Assembly: GCF_964204865.1 (NCBI RefSeq) | Contig: NC_135255.1 | Coordinates: forward strand, 3,534,001 to 3,598,000 | Length of the DNA: 64,000 bases | Source: Styela clava | Lineage: Eukaryota | Direction: 5' to 3' | Part shown: one piece after another, positions 1-13,156 of the stretch | Layout of the letters: the number at the start of each line of letters is the position of its first letter | How positions within the stretch are numbered: position 1 is the stretch's first letter | Notes under the pieces: model-generated | What the model saw: only the letters and a program-made list of their open reading frames with translations | Database searches by the model: none | What the model was told of the DNA's origin: nothing | Position numbers and translations under genes: made by a program

Positions 1-2010
1 TGTTCATCCGTCAAATCTACCGAGAGGAACTTTGATACTGAATCGACTTCTCCTCTTAAATCATTTTTCATTCTTTCGAAAGTTGTAAAATGAATACGTT
101 TATCTTTTTGTGATTCCTGAAAACATAAAAAGAGTCTTAGCATAAGAAAAAAAGGGAAATCTTTTCTAAATTCAGCCATAAGCAATGGTGATAATTTGAC
201 CCCCAATACAAAACTGCAAACGTAGGTCCCATGTCTCCCGTGTCAGAGAGATCTTTTCTATTGATATAGAAAATTCAAATGCGTTTCGTTTTTATCTTTA
301 TAAAATATACGATTAGCTTCCATGAGTGTTTCAGGAAATAGGTGTTGAAAAGTTTCTAAACTATGAAGGATTGGCACCGTCCATCCGAATTCCTACACCC
401 TCTTCAATATTAGGGTCTCGATTCAAGTGCCCTGAGTCTGGAACGCGAAGTATAGGACCGACGGTTTCATAGTGAAAAAAAACGTTTAAACTATTAGATA
501 AATTATACGAATTTATACTTCCCTCATTTTTCAAGTACCATACCTTCCAAAATTTCAAGGTGTGCGAAAACCAACTTCCCCAGGCTACTTTTCCGGAACA
601 GAATTTAGCCAGAAAGTTATTCCAAGTTCCTGGTTCTTCCATTGTTACATTCAAATGATGAAAGAAATAATAAGACACACACACATCTTTTGGATTCCTT
701 GCAACATATATAATTTTACACCCTTTTCCAGACTCTTTGAAAATATCTTCGGGTAATAGCTCGTACGAAAGATGCGTCTTCATTATCCTTCAGTAGGGGA
801 TATATTAATAATTTTATGTTATGATTTATCGTTGAATTTTCTATATGAATTCAAGTATTTATAACAAAGAGGCACCTCCAATAATACTCAATATTTGTAA
901 ATTGGTCGGATATAAGAACTCGAAAACTCAAAAAAGTAGTAACTGTATCTATAGTATTTCGAAAGAAAAACATGCTGCGGATTGAATAATTTACTTTCGA
1001 ATTTTAGTTTTTAAGCTCAACTCAAGAGCGTTTTATGATATAGTACGTTTAGAATAGACTGTACGGCTTTATTCCCCAAATTTGTTCACGGTTTTGCCAA
1101 ATCAGTACCATATTTTTACAGTTATTTCTAACGCAATACTGAATATTATTTTATCATGTATGATAATGCGAATGAAGGTCCCACCTTTGTTTGCCCAGTG
1201 GCCAATTTTCTAATGATTGTAGTCCCTTTGAATCGGAATCCACGTCAAATAAATCAAGAAATGCACTTCTTCCGGTAACTGTTTCACTTTTAGCAGCTTT
1301 TATATCTGCGTTGTTGCATATGAGCCAAACTATTTCTTGCATCCATGTTGTACCTAAACAACACTGAGCTCAAAAAGTTATACGAAATAATTTCTCAACT
1401 GTAAATACTATCATGAAAGGCATTTAGAGTGATGTCCGTGGGAACAATTTGAATTTAAATTTATTTAAGTTTAAATTTTTCAGGTTATTCCCAACTTGCT
1501 AACTTTGTAAAATATATGTATATAATAGTCATTGTATCACTCCTAAAGTTTGTTTCTTAACTATCACCATTTATAATTTTCGCTTCACCTGTTTGAAGGA
1601 ATGAATGTAAAAATTGAATAATTATTAATAGATAAAACATTACAAGGTCATTGGCAGAAATTGTAATACCAACGAACACATGTTTGAATATTAATAACAA
1701 TTTGAGCTTGATTTCTTGAGCATTAAATGACAACCGATAACCGATTATGACCCTGACGTGATGCTATACGTGCTCGTCCATGATAAGTTAAGTTCAGCCT
1801 ACCTGCTTTTGGATATGTCACCACGAAAATGTCGTCCTCTCTGATTTTTAGTTTTAATATAGGTTCCAGAAGATGTGCAAAACCTTGACTCTCTGCAACA
1901 AACTTGAAGCCATTTGATGCTACAACTTCTACAGTCGGTGATCTGATTTTTTTGTTTAGTCCGGTTTTTATCATCAGGGCCATTAACCCTGATTTCATAG
2001 AAACTTTCAT
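1..2010 (-). CDS. Cytosolic (SULT1-like) sulfotransferase, 3' end beyond the window
   Basis: Exons 2010-1803, 1353-1185, 787-544 and 116-<1 join in frame through GT-AG introns. Motifs: PAPS-binding loop REDDIFVVTYPKAG|TTWMQEIV, catalytic His in RIMKTHL, 3'-phosphate motif YVARNPKDVCVSYY, then GSWF and FERMKNDL. Confidence 0.95.
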
Positions 2011-3786
2011 GGCTGAAAATAATCGAAATTATTTGCGAAGTGAAATTGGAATACCGGTGAAACTATTTGCAAATACGGATTTCACCTAGAAATACAAAAT
2101 GCAGAGGAATTTTCTCGTACAATGATTATTTCATTTTAATCGGTTTTGCTTTTCATAGCGTTACCCACCCATTATGCATAATTCTAAATAGTAGGATTTA
2201 ATCATAATTTCTTAAACTTTAATTTTGCGCTAATGCAACAATAAACAATGTTAAGCATTGTTACTCCAATTACTTACCCAAACTGACGACATCCGCAGGT
2301 CTCATCGATTTTATATACATTGCAGAAATTACAACAGTAACAATAGTTACCAGCAGAATGTAGAAAAACATATTATAGGTAAAAAGTTATGCTTAAAATA
2401 TAATGTGACAGAGAAAATTATAACGGTCATGTTTCTTAGTAACGAGTGTAGTTTCCAAAACATCAAAGAGCAACATTCAAGAATTGCGACGTATAATTAT
2501 TTGCCTTCCTCTAGCGTATCGAAAATGCTATTTTTTAACTGATAAACAATATATAATGGCAATTACAGTTTCCTGTTGGAAATTTGAATTTATAACAGCA
2601 GCATACGTAACATGCTTATAGATGTGACATACCAACTAATATATATATATTAGGCAATTAAAAAATGTAAATTTTTTCCACATTTATGCCCCACAAATGA
2701 AAGAATATTTCGAAACTAAAAATCCTCACTCATACACGAAGTTCCTGTGCTATATTATTATGTGATAGAAGATACATGTTACCAGTGGCTAATAATTTTA
2801 AATCTAACATGAAGACTGTAGTAATCATTCTCTTCAGTATAGAGCATATTTGGGATGGCTATTCTATTCAACGTCAACCACTGTATGAGACTCTTAAATT
2901 GAAAATTTAATCTCCTTTGCGCACTAATTCCTGTCATCTGTGGATCGCTCTGTTTTGTAATATGTATAATCACCTTCAATGGCCCTTCCTTTTAAACTCT
3001 TGAGTTTAGCCCTAAGCCATATTGAGATCATATCGGAAACTAAACCAACATTTCTAGAATGTCGATAATTCTTATCAACGAGATCTCATTAAATCAATGT
3101 TGGTCGTCATTCGCCTTCATGCCATATTTTTGAGCATTACGTTTATGTTTATTTGTTTAAGACATTGCATAGATTTATTCTCGATTTATCAAAGCCATTT
3201 GAACTTTCGTGCACATGGACAATAATAGCACATGCTAGCAATCTTCAACCTGATTCGTAATGCGACCACGTGTGAATCGCAAAGGTATAGACAGAGAGCG
3301 CATGCTCGTAACATGGGCACATGGGAGCATAGTTCCTTCAAACCCAATCATTTCACATTCCTGGCTAAATATTTAGAATCAATCAAACTAGTGCAGAGCA
3401 ATTGATTCACAATTTTACGATTAATGTTGATTATTTTGAGACTACTTTGACAATTTGACGAATGCTGACTGGCTGATATACTAATTAGGCAATTAGCCTC
3501 GTACTATACAAGTATACAGAGACCCAAAATTAGCTTCAATATATCCCTACCTGCAATGCTACATTGTTCCATTTAAAATCAATATAATAAACGATTTTCA
3601 ATTACTACCCTGTGTATTGTCTATTCGCATATGCGTTGATAGGCAATATCTGTACTGGCAATATCTGTACTGACTATCTTGTAAATACGTTCAAATATGC
3701 CAAAGCGAAAGCCGTATCGTAGCCATCTCGATCCATCCATCTCGCGCTATCTTTATTTCTAAAACTAACGTCGCGTAACGGTCTGA

Positions 3787-3987
3787 CAGGTTCCATTACA
3801 TTTGAACCCACGTACATTTGAATCCATGACAATTGCACCTGCATACTATTGCACATATGGAATTTTTTTTACGGTTATTTGAACCCATACTAACCCTAAC
3901 CCATGGGTTTTAGCACCCGCGTATAGATTGAACTTGCGGATATACACAGGGGTTCAAATGTACGTGCATGTGTTCAAATGTACGGTC
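3787..3987. mobile_element. Palindromic miniature (MITE-like) element
   Basis: Inverted arms tacatttgaacccacgtacatttgaa (~3797-3822) and ggggttcaaatgtacgtgcatgtgttcaaatgta (~3949-3982), internal taaccctaaccc, and flanking direct repeat acggtctga at 3778-3786 and 3988-3996. Confidence 0.6.
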
Positions 3988-5160
3988 ACGGTCTGAAGGG
4001 CTTTTCTAGCGATGAGATATTTTTAAGTCGTTTGAAAAAGACCTCTGTCGATGCTACGATAGTATACCGACCATGCATTAAATGTTCGACTGTGTGACAA
4101 TTTTAGTGGATACGCGGATACAACGTCTACAATTGCATGCAACAATCAAAGAGTGCATCGAAATCTCCGCTAAATTTCAAAAGCTATCTTTAATAGAATC
4201 CGATTATATAACAGTGGCAGTAACTAATAATGGCTTTTATTTTTCCCATTCACTAGAATAATTCCAAACTGCACCAAGTGATGAAATTAGGGTCCCGATC
4301 GCCATTCCAAAGGACCCCGCATATAAGTGTGCTATGTCATTTGGGTTCGTGCGTAGAAGTAACCTCGATTCTTAATTGCGTTTATTTTTCTGCCTTTTCC
4401 GCGACTGAAAGTTTTCTGCGGGATAAATTTGCTCAATGACAAATCAGGATCTTATCTGAGCATGTTAATAATATCACCGCCTACTCACGCTCGCCTTAGA
4501 CCACGTTTTGGGTAATTTTGGTCCATAATAAAATTTCAAAATAAACTTGTATTTCTTCTTGCACATGGGTTATTTATTCCATAATCTTCCACCCATAGCT
4601 CCATATTCCAATTGCATTTTTGAAGATGCAAAATGGACGGAGAGTGTGATATTTATTTACTCTCAATAGTTTTATAAAGATGATGACTAGATGAACAAAC
4701 TCAACCATGTCGAGCATATTTATCAATATTCATTAATGACCCTCAAACTTGCGATAAAAGTATTGACAAGGAAAAATAAATTACGCGCGTAGAGCATAAT
4801 TTTTTAAGTATTTCTGCATATTTACTATACGGATAATTCAGTTTTATTCATGTTTATTTCAATTACTTCAATGTGCCACTAGAGAGGATCTGGAAGCAAT
4901 GTAAAGGGAAAAAATATCCTAATTAAATATATTTATATATCAAAACTTGGTTTTTCTTCTTATGTTTATCACTTAAATTCAACATCTAATTAAGATACAC
5001 GTTAACTTACTATACAAACCGTGTCATATCAACGACAATTATAATAATCAACATTTAGTACTCAAGTGTAAGCAAGACAAATTTTGTTCACTACCTGTCG
5101 TAACTCTTTTTATTTATTTTCGTATTAGTGCATCAAAACTTGTAGTGTAAGATTTTCATA

Positions 5161-5450
5161 TTTATTCCGGGGGAGATGAAAGCTGATAAGACAGCTTAAT
5201 CACATGATGTACCACTGCCTCTCGCTGGTTTAACGGTCCAGTGGGAATAGCTAACCAACCAGATTGTTTCAGATGCATGGACTTGACGATGGAGGAAGAC
5301 GTAACCGACCAGCGATTATGTGAACCCTCTCATATACGCCGGTGAGGAGTCCAGCAATTTTTTACACATAATTATCCCCACGGGATTCGAACCTGCGAAA
5401 CCATGCAAGGCAGTCAGAGGTGCGAAGGCAAGCGTACTAGCTTAGACCAA
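5161..5450 (-). mobile_element. tRNA-derived SINE
   Basis: Minus strand carries a Pol III B-box GGTTCGAATCC (5383-5393) downstream of a degenerate A-box-like segment (tggtctaag). The body is richer in GC than its flanks and ends in ggaataaa. A decayed similar copy lies at ~13940-14110. Confidence 0.6.
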
Positions 5451-6393
5451 TATCCTTTTCCAGTGGGTTAATAGTTAATACGCATACCTTCGTCGTGAAC
5501 AATTCAGTCTGGTATTTGAACAATACTGTTATAATAATCATACACTTCCGTTTGTTTCATCACGTTTATTGGTCTATTTTCAATGATCGTTGCAACATCA
5601 TTGTTTACGACAAGAAGTTTAACTTGATAATTCACACGAAACATAAAATTAACCCAACAAAATGAAGAAAGTAAACTTGCATTTTTGTGAATGCCGGAAT
5701 GAATTGCCTTATCCAAACGTCGCTGTGTCACAAATATCATTTTATGTGTTGCTAAGTATATATTAGGAAAAGCATATAGCTATATTAAACTAATATTATT
5801 TATTACAATCCTGCCCAGTGGGAATCTCTTTTTGTAAAAAATAATTTTTGAATGCTATTGATGGAGTCCTTTAATATTTTGCACATAAGTATTCCAATCC
5901 GTTTTGCGTCGTATTTATAGTTTGAAAATATTTCGTTATTTAAGCAAATCAATTTCAACACAAACAGTTCGTTACTTAGAGTGAAATATTTGAAACACTT
6001 TCAAACATAATTCAAAAAGGCTACGCAAATAATTTTTCATTGTTACATAAACATTTTCGGATATGAATATTTTCAAAGTCATCAACATCCTTACAACGTT
6101 CCATTTAAAAATAACGCGCGCACTTGCGCAAATAAACACAAGTCATTTGATGTATTGTTTTCATACTGTATTGTCCCGAATAACCCGTAATTAGATATGA
6201 AACGTTTTGGAAACGCACGTTGACAAGATAAAAGAAAGTCTATTGCGGGATTTAGAAATGCAATGTACCCCGTTGTTATCGTTAAACCGATTAGGATGCG
6301 TTAATTTAATATAAAATGAGTTGAACTTGAGAAGGAAGACATTCAGTGAAATATTGTTTTCCAACGTACTTGCTCTCTGCAATTTATTATATC

Positions 6394-7774
6394 ATGGAGC
6401 CTAACGTATCAACCTCCAGTTTTTTCAACGACTGTCGTGGAACATCTTTGCGTGGATCTAAGCGATATAAAGCAACAACGATTTGGAATGAGTTACTTAA
6501 CGCATTCCGCGATCGGCTCAATTGTAAGAAACACAGAAGAAATTTAAAGACTTATGACAACTGTTTTACTGGATCGGGAGCCGCTGATGTCATGCATTCA
6601 GTTTTACTTGAAAATGAGAATGTTTCTCAAGATGTAACAAGATCACAGGTAAGAATTATGGTTTTATTTAGAGTACCTGTATTTTTCTGATTGCGTAAGA
6701 TGTTCTTCACCATTGTTCCTAACATAGATTACTATTGAAAACTCCATAGGTTCGAAATGATAGAAACCAGTTCTGTACGAAGTAAGCCATCACTCATCAC
6801 CATTTTCCACCAACATTATACGGTGGAAAATACCTAAGTGCCTGCTTCGTTTTATCGTGCACCAATATAAAACCTTTATGATGTATGCTTTTGAGTAGAA
6901 AGAAACTAAAATTGTAATTTTCGATTCAGGCAATCAAACTGCTTCAAAAGTTTTTATTCGAGCATGTGATTGAAACAATTAATGGGAAATGGGAGAACGA
7001 ACTGTTCACGGACACAAATCGGTTGTACAGGTAAATTAGTTATAAACATTTATTCATTTAATGTGTAATTGCTTGTATTTTTTTTTTTAATTCAAAATTG
7101 TCAGGTTTACCGTTCGTTTTCAATTTTCTATTTCACACGAAGAAAAAATCATTTTGAATGTTGTCTGACTAGTTTCAGTAGTTGCATGTATTAACTTCAG
7201 TAACATGTATTAAATATGTGTGCAGAGCGCCTACATTTGCATTAACCTTTTTTTTTATTATTTAAGGTTATATGGTGAAAATGAAGATACGGAAATCTCT
7301 TCAAGTTCAATTCCTCTTATTAAAAACAAAGTAAGTTTGAAACGACTAGAAGGAAGATTTTTAAATAAATCGAATAATGTAATGGATGAATATACAACAG
7401 TTTTTTATTTTTTATTCAAGATTAAGAAATCCATATGATTTGAGCATTGGTAAAATGGGTATACTGAAACAATATGTTTATATATAAAGCTACACTGCGA
7501 TGAATAAGTCTTGAAGGTGGCATTATGAAGTTTTCCTGACGTGGTATATCGTACATACTTTCTTCAAATGAAGATTATTCATCATTATACTTATTATTTT
7601 TTAATGCAGTTTCCATCAAGACAAATTATTCTTTCGCCGCCAATCTCGAGAAGATTTGCCACCTCACCCAAACAAGAAAAGCCAACCCGATCGAATTGTT
7701 CAATGAAGCTTCTTCCCAGCAAAGGTTGTGAACTGAGATTTATTCCTAAGTGTCTCCTTGCTGTAGTAGACTGA
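6394..7774 (+). CDS. DEPDC1-like: DEP-domain-only protein, paralogue 1 (194 aa)
   Basis: Exons 6394-6648, 6930-7030, 7267-7330 and 7610-7774 (585 nt, in frame). YKATTIWNELLNAFR...KKHRRNLKTYDNCFTG..A...VTRSQ|AIKLLQKFL.EHVIE.I.GKW...LYR matches the N-terminal DEP domain of DEPDC1 as I recall it (YRATKLWNE...NCFT...LLRKFL..HVIE..GRW). Confidence 0.85.
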
Positions 7775-8992
7775 ATATTTCTTTTGCTGCTTGATTTAAG
7801 TATATGCGTGTTATGTATCTCGCTAGTTTCGCAAAGTGTTCCATTTTAATGTTAATTGTTGATTCACCATTGTTTTTTTAGTAATTATGTCACTAGTAGC
7901 ATTGTGTTTATTGCAATAAATATATTTGCTAATTCAAATTTGTATGTTATTACGATCATAACGTCATCCGAAACAGGAACCGGTCGATAGCATGGGTTGC
8001 GGCTAAAAAGGAAAGAAATAGGTTTTACTTGTGAGAAATTCACTCTACTCTGTTTTTTTTTATCAGTTATCACTTTAAAATCTATGTAGGTATAGATATG
8101 CTACGTGAAGAGTAAATTTGATATACTGACTCTAAACGTCGATAAGATATAGGGGCACGCGTAGATGTATAATAGTCTAATATCTAATGATGACAGATGA
8201 ATTGCAACATATTAGAATGTCATCAGATATACTGAGATGCCTATTATTACGAAACATAAACAGCGTATATGTTCAACCTATATTATCAATATATTATATT
8301 ATTGTCTACATTAAATTATCACTTCAACAAAAAAATATACAAAACCCCGGTTATCAAATGTCAATTCCAGGTTCACCAGAACTCTCCGAAATGTCATGAC
8401 TGTTGGTAACATAAATTTCCGAACAAAAGTAATTGACATTGCAATTACAGACGTCTTTGTCTGTAGAGATGTACTTCATTCATCATACTTTTTTTTATCA
8501 TATGTTCTATTCCAATAGATATATATTCATATTTGGTAATGCAATGATGTGCTGCTAACAGTCATTGCCGATCGCCAGGTACTTTCTGTTTGTTAATCTA
8601 TTATGGCACACTAAATTCATTTTGTCTCCATTAGTAAGAAGTTTATTGGCGGCGTGTCAGTGAGTGATATACCAAGTGTATGTAACACAAGAATGATCGC
8701 ACACAATTTCGAGAGGCTCAGATGTTGCAATAGTAATAGTTTAATCAATGCAACTGAAAATGACGTCGAACTGCACAAACAGATATATCTTTAGCATGGC
8801 TATTTTCACGTTACTTATACATGTAGCTCAAATGTTTGATGATGTATGGGATACTTGGGACATTGATACAATACCAGAATTCTATTTTTATTCAACAAAT
8901 TAATGCACATGAAAATTTTAACTGATTACATGCAATCTTGCTTATACAGACTAAATTTTGTTACTTTCTCTAGTTTCCGTATTATCAATATC

Positions 8993-9504
8993 GAGGGCTG
9001 CCATCGATATGAACTCCAAAATTAGGACATTAGGGAAACATAATAATAGAATAACAAAGAACGAAACGTAATAAACAAATTATAACCATGCCAGTGTGGC
9101 CCGTGTTTAATCATACTTTGCACTAGAAAGGACTTGCTCCAGCAGTTCTTAATTCTTAGAAACAATCTGTTCCATCTCATTTATATGTTCTATTTTGATT
9201 CATATTACACGAACTGATTTTGGCCGGTACGCTATTATTTTGTCGCTGTGTCAATTAATTTGCTGTTAATACGTAATGAATGCGCGTAGCAAACAATGAG
9301 GTTGAAAAATAACATTTCTAGCAAATCAATCATTCGAATTAACCAATCTAAATGCCTGGTATAAGAACCCCTACCCATAAAATAAGGACAAAAACAAGGA
9401 CACATGTCAAAAGGATGTTTCTTAAAAATAAAGACATATTTTCTAATACGAAGACCTTCAAAATAAGGACAAATCTTAGAAATAAGGACGTTATGGCAGC
9501 CCTG
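8993..9504. mobile_element. hAT-type non-autonomous DNA transposon (MITE)
   Basis: Terminal inverted repeats (g)agggctgccat and atggcagccctg, repeated subterminal aataaggac motifs, and a degenerate 8-bp TSD tcaatatc/cctatatc (6/8). Confidence 0.7.
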
Positions 9505-10295
9505 CCTATATCAGTAAGAAGAAACTAATAAAATATTACCTTCATTTAAGTAATTTACGCGATCACTGAATCAATGCCTACATTCATTTCATTGGCTAAA
9601 ACTTGTGCATGTATTTGGCTGTGAATAAGCCTGGTAACAACCAGGTATTGTGATTGCGGGTTGATCATGACATAACGAGGGCATTCTGCTTGTAAGCCTT
9701 CGAAAGCCGGGAGCCAGGTTCGAAACTTTGTTAAAAGTAACAAACATTTTCCGGATCTCTGGCTCAAACCCGATCTCCACATCTTTACACAAGGTGTAAT
9801 AATTTTTAATATAATAATAATGTAGGATATTTACAAAAGCGGAATGATTCCGGTTTATAAAAAAAATATGCAGCTGCACAGGTATCACAGGTTGCTTGTC
9901 CGATCATTGATCAGAGTAAAGTGTAAAATAACATCACAAAAAACGGCAAGATTTTTTGTTGTCACAACATTTTCCATGAGTCGGAAACGGACTCAAATAT
10001 ATCGGTATTCCGAAGTATGCAGTCAAAATCCGATTTTGGGTTACTTGTAGTCAGGAGTCGAAGCTTTTTTTCGACTGGTCTCCACCCTGATATAAAGCAT
10101 GCAGCACCTGGATATGGGATATATTCGCCAGTGTATGATTGCATCAATGTATGAAATCGAAATATTACTCTCCCATAACGTTCCTAAACCACTAACACGT
10201 ACAATATTTCCGCAATTCTAGTGCGATTGTGTTCAATCAAAGGCATTGCATACACATAAAAGATAAATCATTCGCGTTGAAGTTCAGAGAGAAAT

Positions 10296-10476
10296 GTATA
10301 TAAAATGAAAGAAAGCACGGCATTTATCATCACTTTTTCATGTAACGTTTTTTGAAATGAAAACAGTGAAACGGTGCCCCGGGGTATATATAAAAATGAA
10401 AGAAAGTAACAAATTTAACAGTACTTTTGAAGTAATATTTTTGAAATGACAAAAGTGAAACAATGCCTCAGGGTAT
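10296..10476. repeat. Two-copy ~90-bp tandem duplication
   Basis: gtata..aaaatgaaagaaag...tttgaaatga.aa.agtgaaac..tgcc.c.gggtat occurs twice head to tail. Confidence 0.7.
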
Positions 10477-11380
10477 TTCACACGCTGACTTATCAAGATA
10501 GCAAGTATCTCTGTTGTCTGAATTGTGCACACTTGGATTTGTATTTTGAACGATACTCAGTATACGAATCAAACGCTACCTATAACTTTACTGCGGTTGT
10601 TGTTGATTGCGCAAGATATGCGAAACTAACTTGGCAGGTTTTTGTCAAACGTTTAGCTCTCATTTAGATCGTTTGATTTTGATATTGCAAAGAACTTAGC
10701 TTAGGTATGATATAAATATAGATAGATAGTATGTCATGGTCGATGTCTTACCTGATACTTGCCTTTCTACGACAATTGTATGATAAGTAATTTTTTTCAC
10801 ATTATGTGGTTGCCACTGATTAAATGAAATCTTTAGTGAAACCCGCATACCTAACACTCCAGCCAAAGTGCAATAAACTGAGTAGACAAGGCAGAAACGT
10901 CCTTTCAATATAGTAGCGGCTTATGTATCAGTAGTTAGTTGATTCTCCAGAGCCTTGTCAGGAATGAAGGTGTAAAACGAAAACAAAGTGTCGTTTCACT
11001 GAAAATTGTTCATATTTTTACGTCGGGTGATGCTTTGTGCAACCACCAACTCACGTTGTAAAGTACATGATTTTTTCTGATCCGGAATCCCCCCCCAAAA
11101 AAAATTGTTACACCATGGGCTTCATATAATTCGTGCAAATGCCATGGACTTGCCTTAAAGAGTCACTTTACAATACCATCACATTTTGAAGTAAACGCAT
11201 CAGCCTCTGAAACCAAGTTTTGGTTCTTACGTTAGAGCAGAATCAAAATTTAACAGCACATTAAGTATGGGGGTGGACATACGGTCGGAATTAGATATTT
11301 GTAATTTGCGCCCCCAACATAGTTGGGTTGAGTCCATCATGAAAATCACTTTAATTTTGATTTACAGACCGTGTATCAAT

Positions 11381-13156
11381 ATGTTAACATATACAGTTAC
11401 TATCATATTCATTCTGTGTGTTGGATTAGTGAAGATTCAACGAACGACATGTATGTTGGAAGAGACTTCAGAATACGAAGATAAAGCAAGGGATAGAATG
11501 TTTAGTGCTGAGAACATCATATCAACGAGGGGTGAAAAAACAATACTTGTTGCTATATTCGTACGAAATAAAGAACATTCATTGCCATATTTTCTACGAG
11601 GACTTGAAGATTTGAAATATGATAAAAAACTGATGTGGCTGTGGATTATTTCTGACCATAATCGAGATAACTCTACAAAGCAACTGGAAACATGGGTAAG
11701 AGTTTTCAATGATCAATACGCAAAGATTGAGTTTGAGAAACCAGATTTCCCAATGAATTACAACGGAGATTTGAGTGACTTACATTGGACAAAAGATCGA
11801 TACATTCGACTGCTTGAGCTGAAGCAATTTGCACTAAACAAAGCGAGAAAGATGAATGTCGATTTCATTTTATATATTGATGCTGATAATATTCTAATGA
11901 ATCCATACACTTTGAACCACCTCACCGGAAAATCGCAGACGATCATTGCACCTATGCTGAATTCAAATACGGATTACTCCAACTTTTGGGGCGAGGTGGA
12001 CAAAGAAGGATGTCATAAAGATAATGACTTGTACGATAAAATCAGGACTCGTAAAGAAACCGGGACCTTTGATGTTGCATTAGTACATTCAACATTCTTG
12101 ATAAATTTGAAAAATGAAGATTCTAAAAAAGTTAGATTTTTACCAATTCCATCATGTTACGACCACGATTTTAATGATGATATGATTTTTCATTACCAAT
12201 GTGATTTGGAAGACGTACATATGTACATTGATAATTCCGTTTTTTATGGTTATTTACCAGAGCCACAAGATAAGGACGATGGCTTAGAAGATGAAATTTA
12301 TAATTTTATGAGAATGAGGATGGATGCTATGACACTGCCTCCTGTAGGCGTTGGAATATCGTTAAGAAAATCTGTACACGTTCCGGATAAGGAGATTATT
12401 ACCAGTCTTCCAGTTGATCATGTGTTTGTAATTAATTTGGAGAGAAATCGCAATCGCAGATTACGGATTAATAAAAGCTTTGCAATGTATAAAATCAATT
12501 ACACATTATTTGATGCTGTTGATGGAAGAAAGTTAAATAGAAGTTATATCGATAGTCTTGGCATCAAAGTACCTACAGGCTATAAAAGCCCGGAGTTTGG
12601 AAATGAAATGACTGTAGGTGAAATTGGTTGCTTTTTGAGTCATTATTTCGTTTGGAAAAAGATTTTGGATGAGAAATACGAATCAACCATCATCTTTGAA
12701 GACGATGTTCAATTCAAACCAAAATTTATCCAAAAATTTCAGAATGTTATGGAGAAAGTACGAAATGAGAATATATCGTGGGATTTGATTTATTTGGAAA
12801 GAAAACCAGCGGGAAATGAAGGCGAGGAAGAAACGGTGATATTACAAAATGACAGTGGTCCTAACTTGGTGCAACCAGTCTATTCTTACTGGACCATAGC
12901 GTACATGATATCTTACGATGGGGCGAAAAAGTTGATTGATGCCGAACCGTTGGGTAAAATTATTGCAGTGGATGTGTTTCTTGCTGTCATGTACGGAAAA
13001 CAGCCCTTAAATTATATTAATAAATATTTCCCAACAAAAAATCTCAATGCTCTTTCATTCGAGCCAACCATAGTAAAACAAACACACTACTACTCCAATG
13101 ATTATCATGTCAGCGATACCGCAAATTCAAAATTCGCCAATGAAATCCTGCAGTAG
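11381..13156 (+). CDS. COLGALT: Procollagen galactosyltransferase (COLGALT/GLT25D family), CDS in a single exon
   Basis: Uninterrupted ORF, open from 11267. The ATG at 11381 follows a splice acceptor (tttacag, 11367) and starts a hydrophobic signal, giving 591 aa. Motifs: AIFVRNKEHSLPYFL, SDHNRDNS, YIDADNIL, YSNFWG, VINLER..RR, GEIGCFLSHY, IFEDD, WDLIYL.RK, YSYWTIAY.IS..GA.KL. Confidence 0.93.
   Translation: MLTYTVTIIFILCVGLVKIQRTTCMLEETSEYEDKARDRMFSAENIISTRGEKTILVAIFVRNKEHSLPYFLRGLEDLKYDKKLMWLWIISDHNRDNSTKQLETWVRVFNDQYAKIEFEKPDFPMNYNGDLSDLHWTKDRYIRLLELKQFALNKARKMNVDFILYIDADNILMNPYTLNHLTGKSQTIIAPMLNSNTDYSNFWGEVDKEGCHKDNDLYDKIRTRKETGTFDVALVHSTFLINLKNEDSKKVRFLPIPSCYDHDFNDDMIFHYQCDLEDVHMYIDNSVFYGYLPEPQDKDDGLEDEIYNFMRMRMDAMTLPPVGVGISLRKSVHVPDKEIITSLPVDHVFVINLERNRNRRLRINKSFAMYKINYTLFDAVDGRKLNRSYIDSLGIKVPTGYKSPEFGNEMTVGEIGCFLSHYFVWKKILDEKYESTIIFEDDVQFKPKFIQKFQNVMEKVRNENISWDLIYLERKPAGNEGEEETVILQNDSGPNLVQPVYSYWTIAYMISYDGAKKLIDAEPLGKIIAVDVFLAVMYGKQPLNYINKYFPTKNLNALSFEPTIVKQTHYYSNDYHVSDTANSKFANEILQ

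Noticed and set aside
5980-6130. CHR-like TTTGAA and E2F-like GC motifs upstream of DEP1
   Set aside because: Such short motifs are expected by chance in AT-rich DNA, and the transcription start is unknown.
8370-9890. Exon-like stretches and short ORFs (9555-9782, 9589-9888, ~8620-8795) downstream of DEP1, considered as further DEPDC1/RhoGAP exons
   Set aside because: No recognisable domain, and I could not build a consistent spliced frame.
9962-10147. 61-aa minus-strand ORF
   Set aside because: The gagtcg motifs and ctccaccctg end look like a decayed MITE terminus; the ORF has no protein features.
11267-11380. Upstream ATG of the 629-aa COLGALT ORF
   Set aside because: It lies between a possible donor (gtatgg, 11265) and an acceptor (11367), and the signal-like segment starts at 11381.
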